Origin: Candidatus Pacearchaeota archaeon | GTDB lineage: Archaea; Nanobdellota; Nanobdellia; Pacearchaeales; GW2011-AR1 | Reading direction: 5' to 3' | NCBI GenBank assembly: GCA_050303855.1 | Contig: JBNLCO010000010.1 | Span: 124,093 to 188,092, forward strand | DNA length: 64,000 nt | In this document: piece after piece, positions 18,419 to 28,694 of the stretch | Numbering within the stretch: position 1 is the stretch's first letter | Layout of the letters: each line of letters opens with the position of its first letter | Program-made: the position numbers and the translations under genes | The notes under the pieces: model-generated | What the model was told of the DNA's origin: nothing | What the model saw: the letters and a program-made list of their open reading frames with translations, nothing else | Databases searched by the model: none

Positions 18419-18820
18419 ATGGCTAAAAGTGAGAAATCAGAACAAGAACTTATGATGAAGTTTAGTATGTTTGAACAGCAAATAAGACTAATTCAAGATC
18501 AACTTCAGGCAGTTGAACAGAAAATACTAGAATTGAAAGATATAGAATTAGGCCTTGAAGAATTAATCGGTAAAGCGAACTCAGAAATCTATGCTCCAGT
18601 TGGAAGCGGAATATATGTTAAAGCAAAATTGGAATCAGAAGAGTTATTAGTTAATGTTGGAGGGAGAAACCTTATTTCAAAAGATATTCCTGAAACAAGA
18701 AAGATTTTACAAGAACAAATAAAGAAATTAGAGGGAATAAGAGGGGACTTGAATAAAGAAATGGATAAAATCAATGACGAAGTAACTAAGGTTTTTATGG
18801 AACACAAAGAAAATAACTAA
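18419..18820 (+). CDS. pfdA: prefoldin alpha subunit
   Basis: 133 aa. Coiled-coil, then two beta-hairpin segments (IYAPVGSGIYVKAKL / LLVNVGGRNLISKD), then coiled-coil. Confidence 0.6.
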   Translation: MAKSEKSEQELMMKFSMFEQQIRLIQDQLQAVEQKILELKDIELGLEELIGKANSEIYAPVGSGIYVKAKLESEELLVNVGGRNLISKDIPETRKILQEQIKKLEGIRGDLNKEMDKINDEVTKVFMEHKENN

Positions 18821-18823
18821 TAA

Positions 18824-19642
18824 TTATTTCATCATTTTTCTTATGAAAGTATTGTAGGACATAAAACCCTCTTCAGTTATTATTCCAGAAATGTATTTTT
18901 TATCGATAAATTCAAATGCGGGATTTTTTATTTTTATTTTTCTTGGAGCGTTATCCCAAATTTCATTTAATTTTCTTTGTTCAATAGGCACAGGGCTTTT
19001 TGTGAATTTCCAAGAGTCTGCAACTATGTAAAAAGGTATTTTTTCGTCCTTGGCGATTCTGGCTACAAGTTCCGAACCCACTTTATTGATAACTCCATTT
19101 TTTGTCAGGGCATCGGCTCCAAGAAAGACAATTGAGACTTTTTTTGTTCCTTGTTCCTTCCCAAGTGCAATTCCAATAGCAGAATCTACAAACATAGTAA
19201 CTTTTATTCCTGCTTTACGAAGTTCTTTTGAAGTTTTTCTTCCTTGGAATAGAGGTCGAGTCTCAGTGTTATACACTTCAAACTTTTTTCCCTTATTATG
19301 AGAATATTTTAGAGCATTAGAAACATTTGTAGAATGGCAATGTGTGAATATTACTGAATTTGGTTTTATTATTTTATGAACGTAAGAATTTATTTTATCT
19401 TGAGCGGAATCAAAATGGTATAGAATTGTCTCTTTTGGAATTCCCAATTCGGCCATTTCCAACACATTTTCCATCATTGGCTCGGTAGGTCTAGATTTAA
19501 GGAGGGCTTTCTTTGATTTCTTTGAAGGAACTAAGAAATAAGCTTTTATTGCTGCTTTAGCAACATTACGCGCCCCTTGTATTTTTACGGATTTTATATC
19601 CCTTACAACTTTATCAAACTTCTTTTGTTTTGAAAACATCAT
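18824..19642 (-). CDS. eIF-2B alpha/beta/delta family protein (ribose-1,5-bisphosphate isomerase / aIF-2BII-like)
   Basis: ..VFLGADALTKNGVINKVGSELVA.. IF-2B family signature. 272 aa. Confidence 0.6.
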   Translation of the reverse strand: MMFSKQKKFDKVVRDIKSVKIQGARNVAKAAIKAYFLVPSKKSKKALLKSRPTEPMMENVLEMAELGIPKETILYHFDSAQDKINSYVHKIIKPNSVIFTHCHSTNVSNALKYSHNKGKKFEVYNTETRPLFQGRKTSKELRKAGIKVTMFVDSAIGIALGKEQGTKKVSIVFLGADALTKNGVINKVGSELVARIAKDEKIPFYIVADSWKFTKSPVPIEQRKLNEIWDNAPRKIKIKNPAFEFIDKKYISGIITEEGFMSYNTFIRKMMK

Positions 19643-19752
19643 ACACCTCTTTGAGTCTTAAGAAAGATGAATATAAAAATTGTTCGTAAGAATATTATTT
19701 CTAATGTGTCCAACCTAAGAACATTTAAAAATATCTTTTATTATTTTTAGTT

Positions 19753-20619
19753 ATGCTTGAAAGAATAATAAGCCCAAAAACAGGTGAGAAATATCCGTGG
19801 AGAATGTTCTTTGTAGGAATAATTTACGCTTCTCTTTCACTATTGCTTGTTCATTGGTTGTTTGGAGATGACCCTAGTCTGTCTGGAGCATCAGGGATGA
19901 TGGTTGTTCTATTTTGCATAATGTTTACATTACCTTATATGTATTTTATAATACGTAGAGAGGAAAGAGAAGACGAAGGCGTAGAGGGTTTCTTTGGTGT
20001 TTGGAAAGTTCATAAAGACGCAATTTATTCCCTTATGTGGTTGTTCTTTGGTTTTATAGTTGCTTTTGCTTTCTGGAATATGATCTTGCAAGACCCAAAT
20101 CTTCTAAATTTCCAAGTTCAAACTTACTGTCAAATAAATGATCCTGCAAATGTTTCAAGATGTGTCTCTGACTATTCATTTGAAAGTATTGGGCAGTCTC
20201 TTGGAACTGGTGCTGCAACAAAGGAATTAAGATTGTTGGCAATTATCGAAAATAATGTATATGTTATGATCTTTACTTTAATATTTTCATTGTTGTTTGG
20301 TGCTGGAGCAATATTTATTTTGGTATGGAATGCTAGCGTTATATCCGCAGCAATAGGTATTTTCTCCAGATATAATCTGAAAGATCTTCCATTGGGCATT
20401 GCAAGATATATGATCCATGGATTCCCTGAAATCGCAGCTTACTTCATAACGGCTCTTGCAGGAGGAATGTTTGGAGTAGGAATTTTAAGGCATGGCTTCA
20501 AGGATAAAAGAACACTTAGAGTAATTGAGAATTCTATAATACTTCTGTTTATTGCAATAATTGTAATTATTCTTGCAGGGATTATTGAGGTTTATATAAC
20601 TCCTCTTCTGTTTGGGTAG
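19753..20619 (+). CDS. SpoIIM-like (DUF95) integral membrane protein
   Basis: 288 aa, ~6 TM, ..WNASVISAAIG...HGFPEIAAYF.. pattern. Confidence 0.4.
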   Translation: MLERIISPKTGEKYPWRMFFVGIIYASLSLLLVHWLFGDDPSLSGASGMMVVLFCIMFTLPYMYFIIRREEREDEGVEGFFGVWKVHKDAIYSLMWLFFGFIVAFAFWNMILQDPNLLNFQVQTYCQINDPANVSRCVSDYSFESIGQSLGTGAATKELRLLAIIENNVYVMIFTLIFSLLFGAGAIFILVWNASVISAAIGIFSRYNLKDLPLGIARYMIHGFPEIAAYFITALAGGMFGVGILRHGFKDKRTLRVIENSIILLFIAIIVIILAGIIEVYITPLLFG

Positions 20620-20649
20620 ATTTAAAAAAACCCAAATCAATAGAAAAGT

Positions 20650-21636
20650 ATGGAACCCTTAATTGCAATAACAATTTTTGCGAGTTTTTTTTGCTCATTT
20701 TTGATAACACCCCTTTGGATAAGGAAAGCCAAGTCTTTAGGGTTAACAGGTAAAGATATTCACAAGAAAAAATCTGAAGAGGTAGCAGAAGGGGGAGGAG
20801 TAGGTATCTTGTTTGGATTTACAATAGGCGTTTTACTTTATGTTGCAATAAATACGTTCTACTTTAACAATACTACCAAACTTACAGAAATATTTGCTTT
20901 ACTTTGTGTTATATTCATAGGGTCAATTGTAGGAATAGTTGATGATTTGACTGGATGGAAAAAGGGGTTGAGTAGGAAGATAAGAATTGCGATAGTTGTA
21001 TTTGCTGCAATTCCTTTAATGGTTATAAACGCGGGGGAATCTTCTATACTTGGAATAAATCTGGGCATATTCTTCCCATTGATAGTTATACCTCTTGGGA
21101 TTGTTGGGGCGACAACAGTTTACAACACTCTAGCTGGATACAATGGTCTTGAAACTTCGCAAGGTATGCTTTTACTTGGAGCTTTGGCTTATATTACATA
21201 CATTACGGGAAACCCTTGGTTAAGTGTTGTTGCATTGTGTATGGTTGCTGCTCTTCTTGCATTCTACTTTTTCAATATGAATCCTGCTAAAATCTTCCCA
21301 GGAGATATTACAACATACTCAATTGGGGCTCTATTTGGGGGGATTGCTATAATTGGAAATGTAGAAAAAATAGCTTTGTTCTTTTTCATACCCTATATAT
21401 TTGAGATCATATTAAAGATCAGAGGTAAATTGGAAAAGGAGAGTTTTGGTAAATTAAACCAAGATGGAGAAAGTCTTGATTTGAGGTATAATAAGATATA
21501 TGGTCTTGAACATCTTGCTATAAAAATATTAAAGAAAGTCAAGAAATCTGGAAAAGCATACGAAAACGAAGTGGTCTGGTTGATAAATGGTTTCCAATTA
21601 TTAATAATTATTCTTGGACTTTTGATATTCTTTTAA
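20650..21636 (+). CDS. aglH: UDP-HexNAc:dolichyl-phosphate HexNAc-1-phosphate transferase (GT4 MraY/WecA/AglH family)
   Basis: Polytopic membrane protein with ..IVGIVDDLTGW.. and ..NTLAGYNGLETSQG.. motifs of the GPT/MraY family. Confidence 0.75.
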   Translation: MEPLIAITIFASFFCSFLITPLWIRKAKSLGLTGKDIHKKKSEEVAEGGGVGILFGFTIGVLLYVAINTFYFNNTTKLTEIFALLCVIFIGSIVGIVDDLTGWKKGLSRKIRIAIVVFAAIPLMVINAGESSILGINLGIFFPLIVIPLGIVGATTVYNTLAGYNGLETSQGMLLLGALAYITYITGNPWLSVVALCMVAALLAFYFFNMNPAKIFPGDITTYSIGALFGGIAIIGNVEKIALFFFIPYIFEIILKIRGKLEKESFGKLNQDGESLDLRYNKIYGLEHLAIKILKKVKKSGKAYENEVVWLINGFQLLIIILGLLIFF

Positions 21637-21673
21637 TAAAAAAGGTTTTAAATGATCATTATTTATCAAGAAG

Positions 21674-24415
21674 ATGAGTGATAAAGAATTTTCCCTAAAT
21701 GTTAAGGAAATTAAGAGTAGTTACAAAAAATCTAAGCATTTCTTTATGGACAAAAGAGTACAATTAATCCTTACTGCAGTTATTTTTCTTATTATACTAA
21801 TATCTGCTTCTGTAATAAGAACCTCCAATTTGGACAATCTTAAAGACATGACTACCGGAAACTATTCTGCAGCAGATCCAGATGCTCTTTATTTCCTAAG
21901 GCTGTCCCACGTTGTTCTTGACCAAGGAAATTTAAATGGTGTTGATGCTTTAAGGGCTCCAGGTTTAAACATACCTTATCTTAAGGAGATTGCCCCTTAC
22001 ACAATTGTTGGAATTTACAAAATAGCTAGTGTGTTTAGCCAGGGGGCAGATCTTAACTTCATTGCGGTAATTTCGCCAGTAATATTCTTCATTTTGGGAC
22101 TAATTGTCTTTTTCTTTCTCTGTTATTATTTAACAAAATCAAAACTTGTTGCTTTACTTTCTTCCGCATTTTTAGCATTTTCACCTGCATATTTGTTTAG
22201 AACTATGTCTGGAGTTTTAGATCACGATTCTATAGGTATGTTGGGAATATTTGCGACACTACTCGTTTTTGCTGTAGGCTCTAAGAGATATAATAAATCA
22301 AAAAATAAAACTTTGTTGTGGGGAGGAATTTTGGGCCTATCAACAGCATTCGCATTGGGAGCATGGGCAGGAGGGGTTACATTCTTGTTTATGATTATAC
22401 CTCTTGCAATAATTGTTAATTACTTGTTTAACCTTGAAGGGAAAAAGGAGGAAAAAGAGAAACTAATTTTATTCAATATAACTTGGCTTGTTTCATATGT
22501 AATCTTCACTAGAATCATTGGATTTGCTATGTCTGATATACTTAATCGGTTGACAAATCCTTCAAGTATGTTGGTATTACTCGTCTTAGGTTTTATCGTG
22601 GTGGATTATCTTGTTGAAAGAAACATGAAGAAGTTGAAAATGATTAAAGAAGAAAATAGGGTTGCTTATTCTATTGTTGCAGCAATAATTTTGGGAATCT
22701 TATTATTGACTTTGACGGGAAACAATTTCTTCTCTATGGTCTCTCAAATATATTATAAAATCTTGAATCCTTTCGGTTACGGAGGAAGATTAGGTTCCAC
22801 CGTTTCAGAAAATGCCCAACCGTATCTAACCTCTTGGATAAGCCAAATAGGAAAGGGTCTGTTCGCTTTATTCTTTGCAGGAATGGTTCTTATGGGGTTT
22901 GATTTTTCTAAGAAGATCGGCTCTAAAAAACACCGTATTTATTTTGTTGCGTTTTGGATAATCCTTATATCAGGGATATTATTTAGTAGAATCTCTCAAG
23001 GCCATATACTAAACGGAGAAAATTTCATAAGTCAAATATTTTACATTGGAGGATTTTTATTATTCCTTATTTATTTCGTAAGACTATATTTCAAAAACAG
23101 ATTTGAGATAGACAAAGACATGATCTTGGTTTTCTCTTGGATGTTATTCATGTTAGTTCTTAGTAGGGCTGCTGCAAGAACAATATTTGTTGCAACACCC
23201 TTTGCATGTTTCGCTGCAAGCTATTTGCTTGTTGGGTTGGGAAAGAGATTGAGAAAACCTAGAGAAGATACGATGAAAATGATTCTTTGGTTAATTTTCA
23301 TAATAGGAGTTATACTTGCATTCGTTTCTTTATTTGGAAACCCTTTAACTCAGTCTCCAGGTACGTATCAAATACTTAAGAATCAGGCGTCAGGCATCGG
23401 TCAAGCAGCAAATTATCAATGGCAATACGCAATGGAGTGGGCAAGAGATAATACTGGAGAAGGAGATATTTTTGTACACTGGTGGGATTATGGGTATCTC
23501 GTCCAAACCCTAGCAAATAGAAAGACCGTTAGTGATGGAGGTCATGCTGCAGGAGATTCAGGAGACCATAATGTAGGGAGATACATCTTAACAACCCCTA
23601 ACCCTATTACTGCCTTGAGCTATATGAAGACTTGGAATGTTTCCTATTTGATAATTGATCCAACAGATCTTGGAAAATATGGAGCATATTCAAAGATTGG
23701 AAGTGATAAGGATTATGATAGATACTCAGCTCCATTTGCTTTAGCAAAAGAAGATAGTCAAACTGTTGAAACTTCTTCAGGAAACAAATTTGTTTACCAA
23801 GGAAGTAGTTTTGTTGACGGAGATATCAGCTATCAAGATATATTCATCCCTGGACCAAGCTTTACAGAATCAGGACAAGCAACTGCGAACGCATACATTA
23901 TAGGATTACTTTTAGAAACCTCCGATGTGTCGGAAGGAAGAACCGAGATAAAACAACCCCAAGCAGTATTCTACTATAAAGATAAACAATATCAAATTCC
24001 CATAAGATATGTGTATTATCAAGGAAGGATTATGGATTTCCAATCAGGTATAGAATCAACATTCGTTTTGATTCCTAAAGTAAATGAAGACTCTTTAGGG
24101 TCAATAGGCATTGATTATACAGGGGCAGGAATGTATTTATCAGAAAAAGTCTCCGATAGTCTATTTGCAAACCTTTATTTGATGGATGATCCATTCAATA
24201 AATACCCTACAATCACTCTTGCAAATTCTGAAGATGATTACGTTGTTAATGCTTTGAAACAACAGGGTGCAGAGGTTGGGGACTTTGTATATTATGGTGG
24301 TTTCAGAGGTCCTTTAAAAATTTGGAAAGTAGAATACCCTCAAGGAACTGAAACACATGATGAATTCTTGCAGTTGACTTCTAATTGGGAAGGAGAATTA
24401 GATAAATTATTTTGA
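21674..24415 (+). CDS. aglB: oligosaccharyltransferase AglB / STT3
   Basis: 913 aa, N-terminal multi-TM domain, WWDYGY catalytic motif (..VHWWDYGYLV..), large C-terminal soluble domain. Confidence 0.85.
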   Translation: MSDKEFSLNVKEIKSSYKKSKHFFMDKRVQLILTAVIFLIILISASVIRTSNLDNLKDMTTGNYSAADPDALYFLRLSHVVLDQGNLNGVDALRAPGLNIPYLKEIAPYTIVGIYKIASVFSQGADLNFIAVISPVIFFILGLIVFFFLCYYLTKSKLVALLSSAFLAFSPAYLFRTMSGVLDHDSIGMLGIFATLLVFAVGSKRYNKSKNKTLLWGGILGLSTAFALGAWAGGVTFLFMIIPLAIIVNYLFNLEGKKEEKEKLILFNITWLVSYVIFTRIIGFAMSDILNRLTNPSSMLVLLVLGFIVVDYLVERNMKKLKMIKEENRVAYSIVAAIILGILLLTLTGNNFFSMVSQIYYKILNPFGYGGRLGSTVSENAQPYLTSWISQIGKGLFALFFAGMVLMGFDFSKKIGSKKHRIYFVAFWIILISGILFSRISQGHILNGENFISQIFYIGGFLLFLIYFVRLYFKNRFEIDKDMILVFSWMLFMLVLSRAAARTIFVATPFACFAASYLLVGLGKRLRKPREDTMKMILWLIFIIGVILAFVSLFGNPLTQSPGTYQILKNQASGIGQAANYQWQYAMEWARDNTGEGDIFVHWWDYGYLVQTLANRKTVSDGGHAAGDSGDHNVGRYILTTPNPITALSYMKTWNVSYLIIDPTDLGKYGAYSKIGSDKDYDRYSAPFALAKEDSQTVETSSGNKFVYQGSSFVDGDISYQDIFIPGPSFTESGQATANAYIIGLLLETSDVSEGRTEIKQPQAVFYYKDKQYQIPIRYVYYQGRIMDFQSGIESTFVLIPKVNEDSLGSIGIDYTGAGMYLSEKVSDSLFANLYLMDDPFNKYPTITLANSEDDYVVNALKQQGAEVGDFVYYGGFRGPLKIWKVEYPQGTETHDEFLQLTSNWEGELDKLF

Positions 24416-24420
24416 GAACA

Positions 24421-25221
24421 ATGGATGGCAAAATTAAGAATAGCTTGAAAGAGAACTATGTCAAAAGAATAGCTAATAGAGTGATGAACACGCTTTATAT
24501 CTACCCTTTCTTCAAACTAAAGGGTCCTTTGAAAGGCCATACGGCAAAAATAATTAATTTGCATTACATAGAGAGGGCTCCAGAAACTCAAGTTGCGGAA
24601 ATAATTGAGAGTAAAGTAAACCTCGGAGACAAGGTAATTGATGTGGGAACACATTTTGGATACTATACCTTACTCATGGCAAAGAAGGTTGGATCGGAAG
24701 GAAAAGTCATATGTTTTGAGCCTTCTAAAGAGACAAGAAATATTCTTAGGAACAATATTAAGAAAAATAAATACCAAGATAGAACAATAATTGAGAGCAA
24801 AGGCGTTTCCAATGAAAGAAAAACTCTCCCATTTAGCGTTAGGAAATTTAGTCCAATGAATACTTTTACGATTGAGGAATATGGAAATGTCAAAAAAATT
24901 GAATGTATTGATTTAGACACTTATTGTAAAGAGAAGGATATTACCCCTTCTTTCCTAAAGATTGATGTAGAGGGTGTGGAAAAAGAAGTTATTGAAGGTA
25001 TGAAGAAGCTAATAAGAATAAGTAAACCAAAGGTTCTCCTTGAAGCTTCAAAAGAAACAGAAGGTATGGAAGAAATATTTGATATGTTTATTAAAAATGG
25101 ATACAAAGTTTACACTTGGAGAACAAGGGTTGATGAGGACTCTTGGAAAGATCTGGTTGAAATAAAAAGGCCAGGAGAAGTGATTACAAAACACATCTAC
25201 TTCGAGTATCCTCTTTTCTAG
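24421..25221 (+). CDS. FkbM-family SAM-dependent methyltransferase
   Basis: ..VIDVGTHFGYYTLLMAKKVGSEGKVICFEPS.. motif. The track ORF (24412) starts at a TTG overlapping the aglB stop. The ATG at 24421 is more likely. Confidence 0.6.
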   Translation: MDGKIKNSLKENYVKRIANRVMNTLYIYPFFKLKGPLKGHTAKIINLHYIERAPETQVAEIIESKVNLGDKVIDVGTHFGYYTLLMAKKVGSEGKVICFEPSKETRNILRNNIKKNKYQDRTIIESKGVSNERKTLPFSVRKFSPMNTFTIEEYGNVKKIECIDLDTYCKEKDITPSFLKIDVEGVEKEVIEGMKKLIRISKPKVLLEASKETEGMEEIFDMFIKNGYKVYTWRTRVDEDSWKDLVEIKRPGEVITKHIYFEYPLF

Positions 25222-26324
25222 TTTATCGCTTTAGAATATATTTCTCTTAGAATTTCATTTCTTTTTTCTATGGAAAATTTCTCTTTTGATTCTTTTATAG
25301 CATTCTTAGACATTTTATTAAGTAGTTTTTTATTCTTTATTAGCAATGAAGTTTTCTCAACAAGATTACTTATGAACGTTTCATCCATTTCAGCATACCC
25401 TTTCCAATTTTTAGGAAGATCTATTAGAAAACCTGTTTTCCCTTCAGAAACCAATTCTGATTTTGCAAAACTATTTGTTGTTATTACAGGTAATCCGTAC
25501 GCCAATGCTTCTGGAACTGCAAAACCATAAGAATCTCCAAACCCGGGGTAAAAGAATATATCTGAAGAAGGATAAATTTCTTTGAATAACTTCTCTTGAG
25601 GAATAAGGTCCATTATTTTTATCTGTTTGTTTTTAGAATACTTATCTTTAAACTCCTTTGGAATCGGACAGAGAAATATAAATTCAACATTCTTATGATT
25701 TTTTGATAAACGATCAAAGACCTCCAAAGTTTGACGGCCCCCTTTTGCATCAAACCACCTTGCAACGAATAAAACTCTTGTTTTTTTGTGAGGTATTTTC
25801 TTAAAATTAACGGGAGGTGTTGCGAAAGGCACAATAGCCATTTTGTCTAAGATCTTTCTATTTCTATGGAATGCTTTTTCAAAAGTTTTTTTGCAATCTT
25901 CTGACCAAACCAATATTTTCTTACAATATTTACTCTCTAGCCTATTTCTTATTATTGCTTTTCCTAAGCCCTTTGTGGCAGTATTTCTACCTGCAGAAGC
26001 TAATTGATCATAAACTTCAGTATCTACCACCCATGGTTTCCTATTTAAGCTTAAACAGTGAGCACAATGAATTAGATCAAAATTTCTTGAGGTAGTAAAG
26101 GTTAAGTTAGGCAAGTGGATCAGCCTCAATAATTTCCTTATTCTATTTTTGAAAACCCTCATAGATTCGAATTTCCTTCCAGATCCAATAATTTCCATTT
26201 TCTTTGAATTCTTTTTGTAGTTAACATAACTAATATTTTTTGGAGGAAAATCAAGAATGTTTTTGTAGTATGAACTATCTGGAAATTTCCATGGATATTG
26301 CAGATGAACCTTGATTTCTTTCAT
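25218..26324 (-). CDS. glycosyltransferase, GT1-fold (CAZy GT4-like)
   Basis: C-terminal ..FFYPGFGDSYGFAVPEALAYGLPVITT..E..K.G motif. Confidence 0.7.
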   Translation of the reverse strand: MKEIKVHLQYPWKFPDSSYYKNILDFPPKNISYVNYKKNSKKMEIIGSGRKFESMRVFKNRIRKLLRLIHLPNLTFTTSRNFDLIHCAHCLSLNRKPWVVDTEVYDQLASAGRNTATKGLGKAIIRNRLESKYCKKILVWSEDCKKTFEKAFHRNRKILDKMAIVPFATPPVNFKKIPHKKTRVLFVARWFDAKGGRQTLEVFDRLSKNHKNVEFIFLCPIPKEFKDKYSKNKQIKIMDLIPQEKLFKEIYPSSDIFFYPGFGDSYGFAVPEALAYGLPVITTNSFAKSELVSEGKTGFLIDLPKNWKGYAEMDETFISNLVEKTSLLIKNKKLLNKMSKNAIKESKEKFSIEKRNEILREIYSKAIN

Positions 26325-27570
26325 ATATATTTTGCATACCAGAAGAGTTTATAAAATTATAACCTTGATAATAAGTATGGTTAAGGAAGTGGACGCGGTT
26401 TACGTTGTTGCATCCAAATTGGGAAGTATTGGAATGGGTTCTGCAGCATATAGTGCTATAAAAGGTATTGATAAATCAAAAGACATATCTTATAGAATTT
26501 TCTGTAGAGGATATAATTCTAAAGTTAAAATAAATAAAAAAAATCTTATTTCTTATGGATATTTAGAATATCTTTCTTACCCTTTTCGTTTTTTGGAGAA
26601 AAAACTTAAGATAAAGATTGATTCATTCAAATGGGTAAACTATCTTTTTGGCAAAAGAATTTATAAAAATCTGCCAAAGTGTAAGATCTACCATACTTGG
26701 ATGGGGATATCTCCAGAAGCGATAAAAAAGGCAAAAAAGAACGGAGCAATATTGATTCTAGAAGCGGCAAATTCCCACCCCCTAAATTTCTTAAATCTTA
26801 TTAATGAAGAATACAAAACTTTTGATTGCGATAAATTCATTTTAGAAACTGAAAAATTTAAGAAAGATGTGGAATACATAAAATCATTTGACTATATTTC
26901 TTGCCCGTCTGATTTCGTTTATAATTCTTTTTTGGAAGAAGGCTTTGCAAAAGAAAAACTAATAAAGATTAACTATGGGGTTGATGTGGACAAATTTTCT
27001 CCTTCTAGAAGAAAGAAAGATAAGAAATTTCGGGTGTTATTTGTGGGATCAATACAAATGAGAAAAGGAATTCCTTATTTACTAAAAGCGTGGGAAGAAT
27101 TGAATTTAAAAGATTCTGAACTAGTTGTTGTAGGAAGTGTTTATCCTGAAGCTGTTCAAATTATTAAGAAATATTTAAAAAACCCTTCAATAAAATTCTG
27201 CGGTTTTAACCCTGATTTGAGGGAATACTATTCAAATGCGGATGTTTTTGTATTTCCTTCTATTGAAGAGGGTTCTGCTTTAGTTAATTATGAGGCTATG
27301 GCTTCAGGTTTACCATTAATCACAACATTTAATTCAGGAAGTGTTGCAAGAGACGGAAAGGAGGGATTTATTATACCTATAAGAAATACAGAGAAGTTAA
27401 AAGAAAAAATAAAATTTATGCATGACAACCCTAAAAAACGTATTCAAATGGGCAAAAATGCTAGAAAAAGAATCGAAGAATTTACTTGGGACATATACGG
27501 AAAGAAGTTATCAAATCTTTATCGAGATCTCCTGAAGAAATCAAAATATACTTCTCTTACAATTATTTAA
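26311..27570 (+). CDS. glycosyltransferase, GT1-fold (CAZy GT4-like)
   Basis: ..VFVFPSIEEGSALVNYEAMASGLPLITT..G..EGFI.. motif. True start possibly at the internal Met (~26377). Confidence 0.7.
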   Translation: MISFIYILHTRRVYKIITLIISMVKEVDAVYVVASKLGSIGMGSAAYSAIKGIDKSKDISYRIFCRGYNSKVKINKKNLISYGYLEYLSYPFRFLEKKLKIKIDSFKWVNYLFGKRIYKNLPKCKIYHTWMGISPEAIKKAKKNGAILILEAANSHPLNFLNLINEEYKTFDCDKFILETEKFKKDVEYIKSFDYISCPSDFVYNSFLEEGFAKEKLIKINYGVDVDKFSPSRRKKDKKFRVLFVGSIQMRKGIPYLLKAWEELNLKDSELVVVGSVYPEAVQIIKKYLKNPSIKFCGFNPDLREYYSNADVFVFPSIEEGSALVNYEAMASGLPLITTFNSGSVARDGKEGFIIPIRNTEKLKEKIKFMHDNPKKRIQMGKNARKRIEEFTWDIYGKKLSNLYRDLLKKSKYTSLTII

Positions 27571-27589
27571 GAATAATAATGTTTATTAA

Positions 27590-28612
27590 ATGTCATTTTT
27601 TGAGGTTCTTATGGATTTAACAAATGAATATTTGAATAAAAAAGTATTGATTACAGGCGGTGGCGGCTTTATTGGAAGCAACCTTGCAATAAAATTAGTA
27701 GAATTAGGCGCAGAAGTTTCGGTAATGGATTCGAAATTAAAGCCTTATGGGTTTAATTTGTTTAATCTTGATCCAGTGTTGGATAAAATAAATATAGATT
27801 ATTCGGATATAAGGGATAGAAATGCTGTTGAAAGGAATATTGCTGGACAAGATATAATCTTTAATTTGGCTGCACAGGTAGGTGAAAAAGTAGGAGAGGA
27901 AAATCCTTTTTTAGACTGGGACATAAATGTTAGAGGGCACATGGAAGTATTAAATGCATGCAAAAACAAAAATAAAGAAGCAAGAATAATATTTCCAGGT
28001 TCAAGGTTACAATATGGTAAGACAAATGGGGCAGAGATAATTTCTGAAAGCCACCCCATGAACCCCTTAACTAATTATGCCAGAAACAAAGTCGTGGGGG
28101 AAGAAATGTACCAAAAACTTAACAAAGAGGGTTTAGAAACGGTAACATTTAGAATTGCTAATCCTTTCGGTCCTCGTGCATCAATTAATAATCCTGGTTA
28201 TTGTATTGTCAATTGGTTTATTGGTAGGGCCTTGGATGGAAAAGATTTACCCATTTATGGAGAAGGGTCTCAGGCAAGAGATTATATTTTTATAGAAGAT
28301 TTAACAGATGCTATGGCAATCGCAGGAGTCCATAAAAATTCTCCAGGAAACACTTACAATTTAGGGTCAGGCCAGAAGACTTTATTCAAAGATATGGCTG
28401 AGAAAATAGTTGCACTTTCAGAAAATAATTATTCAAAAATAAATTTTGTTGAATGGCCAAAAGATGCAAAAGAAAGAGAGACTGGAAATTTTGTCGCAGA
28501 TATCTCAAAGATAGAAAGAGAATTGGGTTGGAAGCCTAAGTATAGTTTAGAAGAGGGTCTGAAAAGAACAATTGAATTTTATAGAGAAAATAAGAACAAT
28601 TATATTGGATAA
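27590..28612 (+). CDS. NAD-dependent sugar-nucleotide epimerase/dehydratase (extended SDR)
   Basis: TGGGGFIGSNL Rossmann motif. YxxxK region present. Confidence 0.7.
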   Translation: MSFFEVLMDLTNEYLNKKVLITGGGGFIGSNLAIKLVELGAEVSVMDSKLKPYGFNLFNLDPVLDKINIDYSDIRDRNAVERNIAGQDIIFNLAAQVGEKVGEENPFLDWDINVRGHMEVLNACKNKNKEARIIFPGSRLQYGKTNGAEIISESHPMNPLTNYARNKVVGEEMYQKLNKEGLETVTFRIANPFGPRASINNPGYCIVNWFIGRALDGKDLPIYGEGSQARDYIFIEDLTDAMAIAGVHKNSPGNTYNLGSGQKTLFKDMAEKIVALSENNYSKINFVEWPKDAKERETGNFVADISKIERELGWKPKYSLEEGLKRTIEFYRENKNNYIG

Positions 28613-28694
28613 AATCACGAGAATATTTATAAAATAGAAAAAAATTCTAGATGAATGAGGAATAATTTTATTACATTTTGTAGGAGGTTATTGG

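Noticed and set aside
24412-24420. TTG-initiated N-terminal extension of the FkbM methyltransferase ORF overlapping the aglB stop
   Set aside because: Track start is a non-ATG codon. The downstream ATG (24421) gives a more conventional start.
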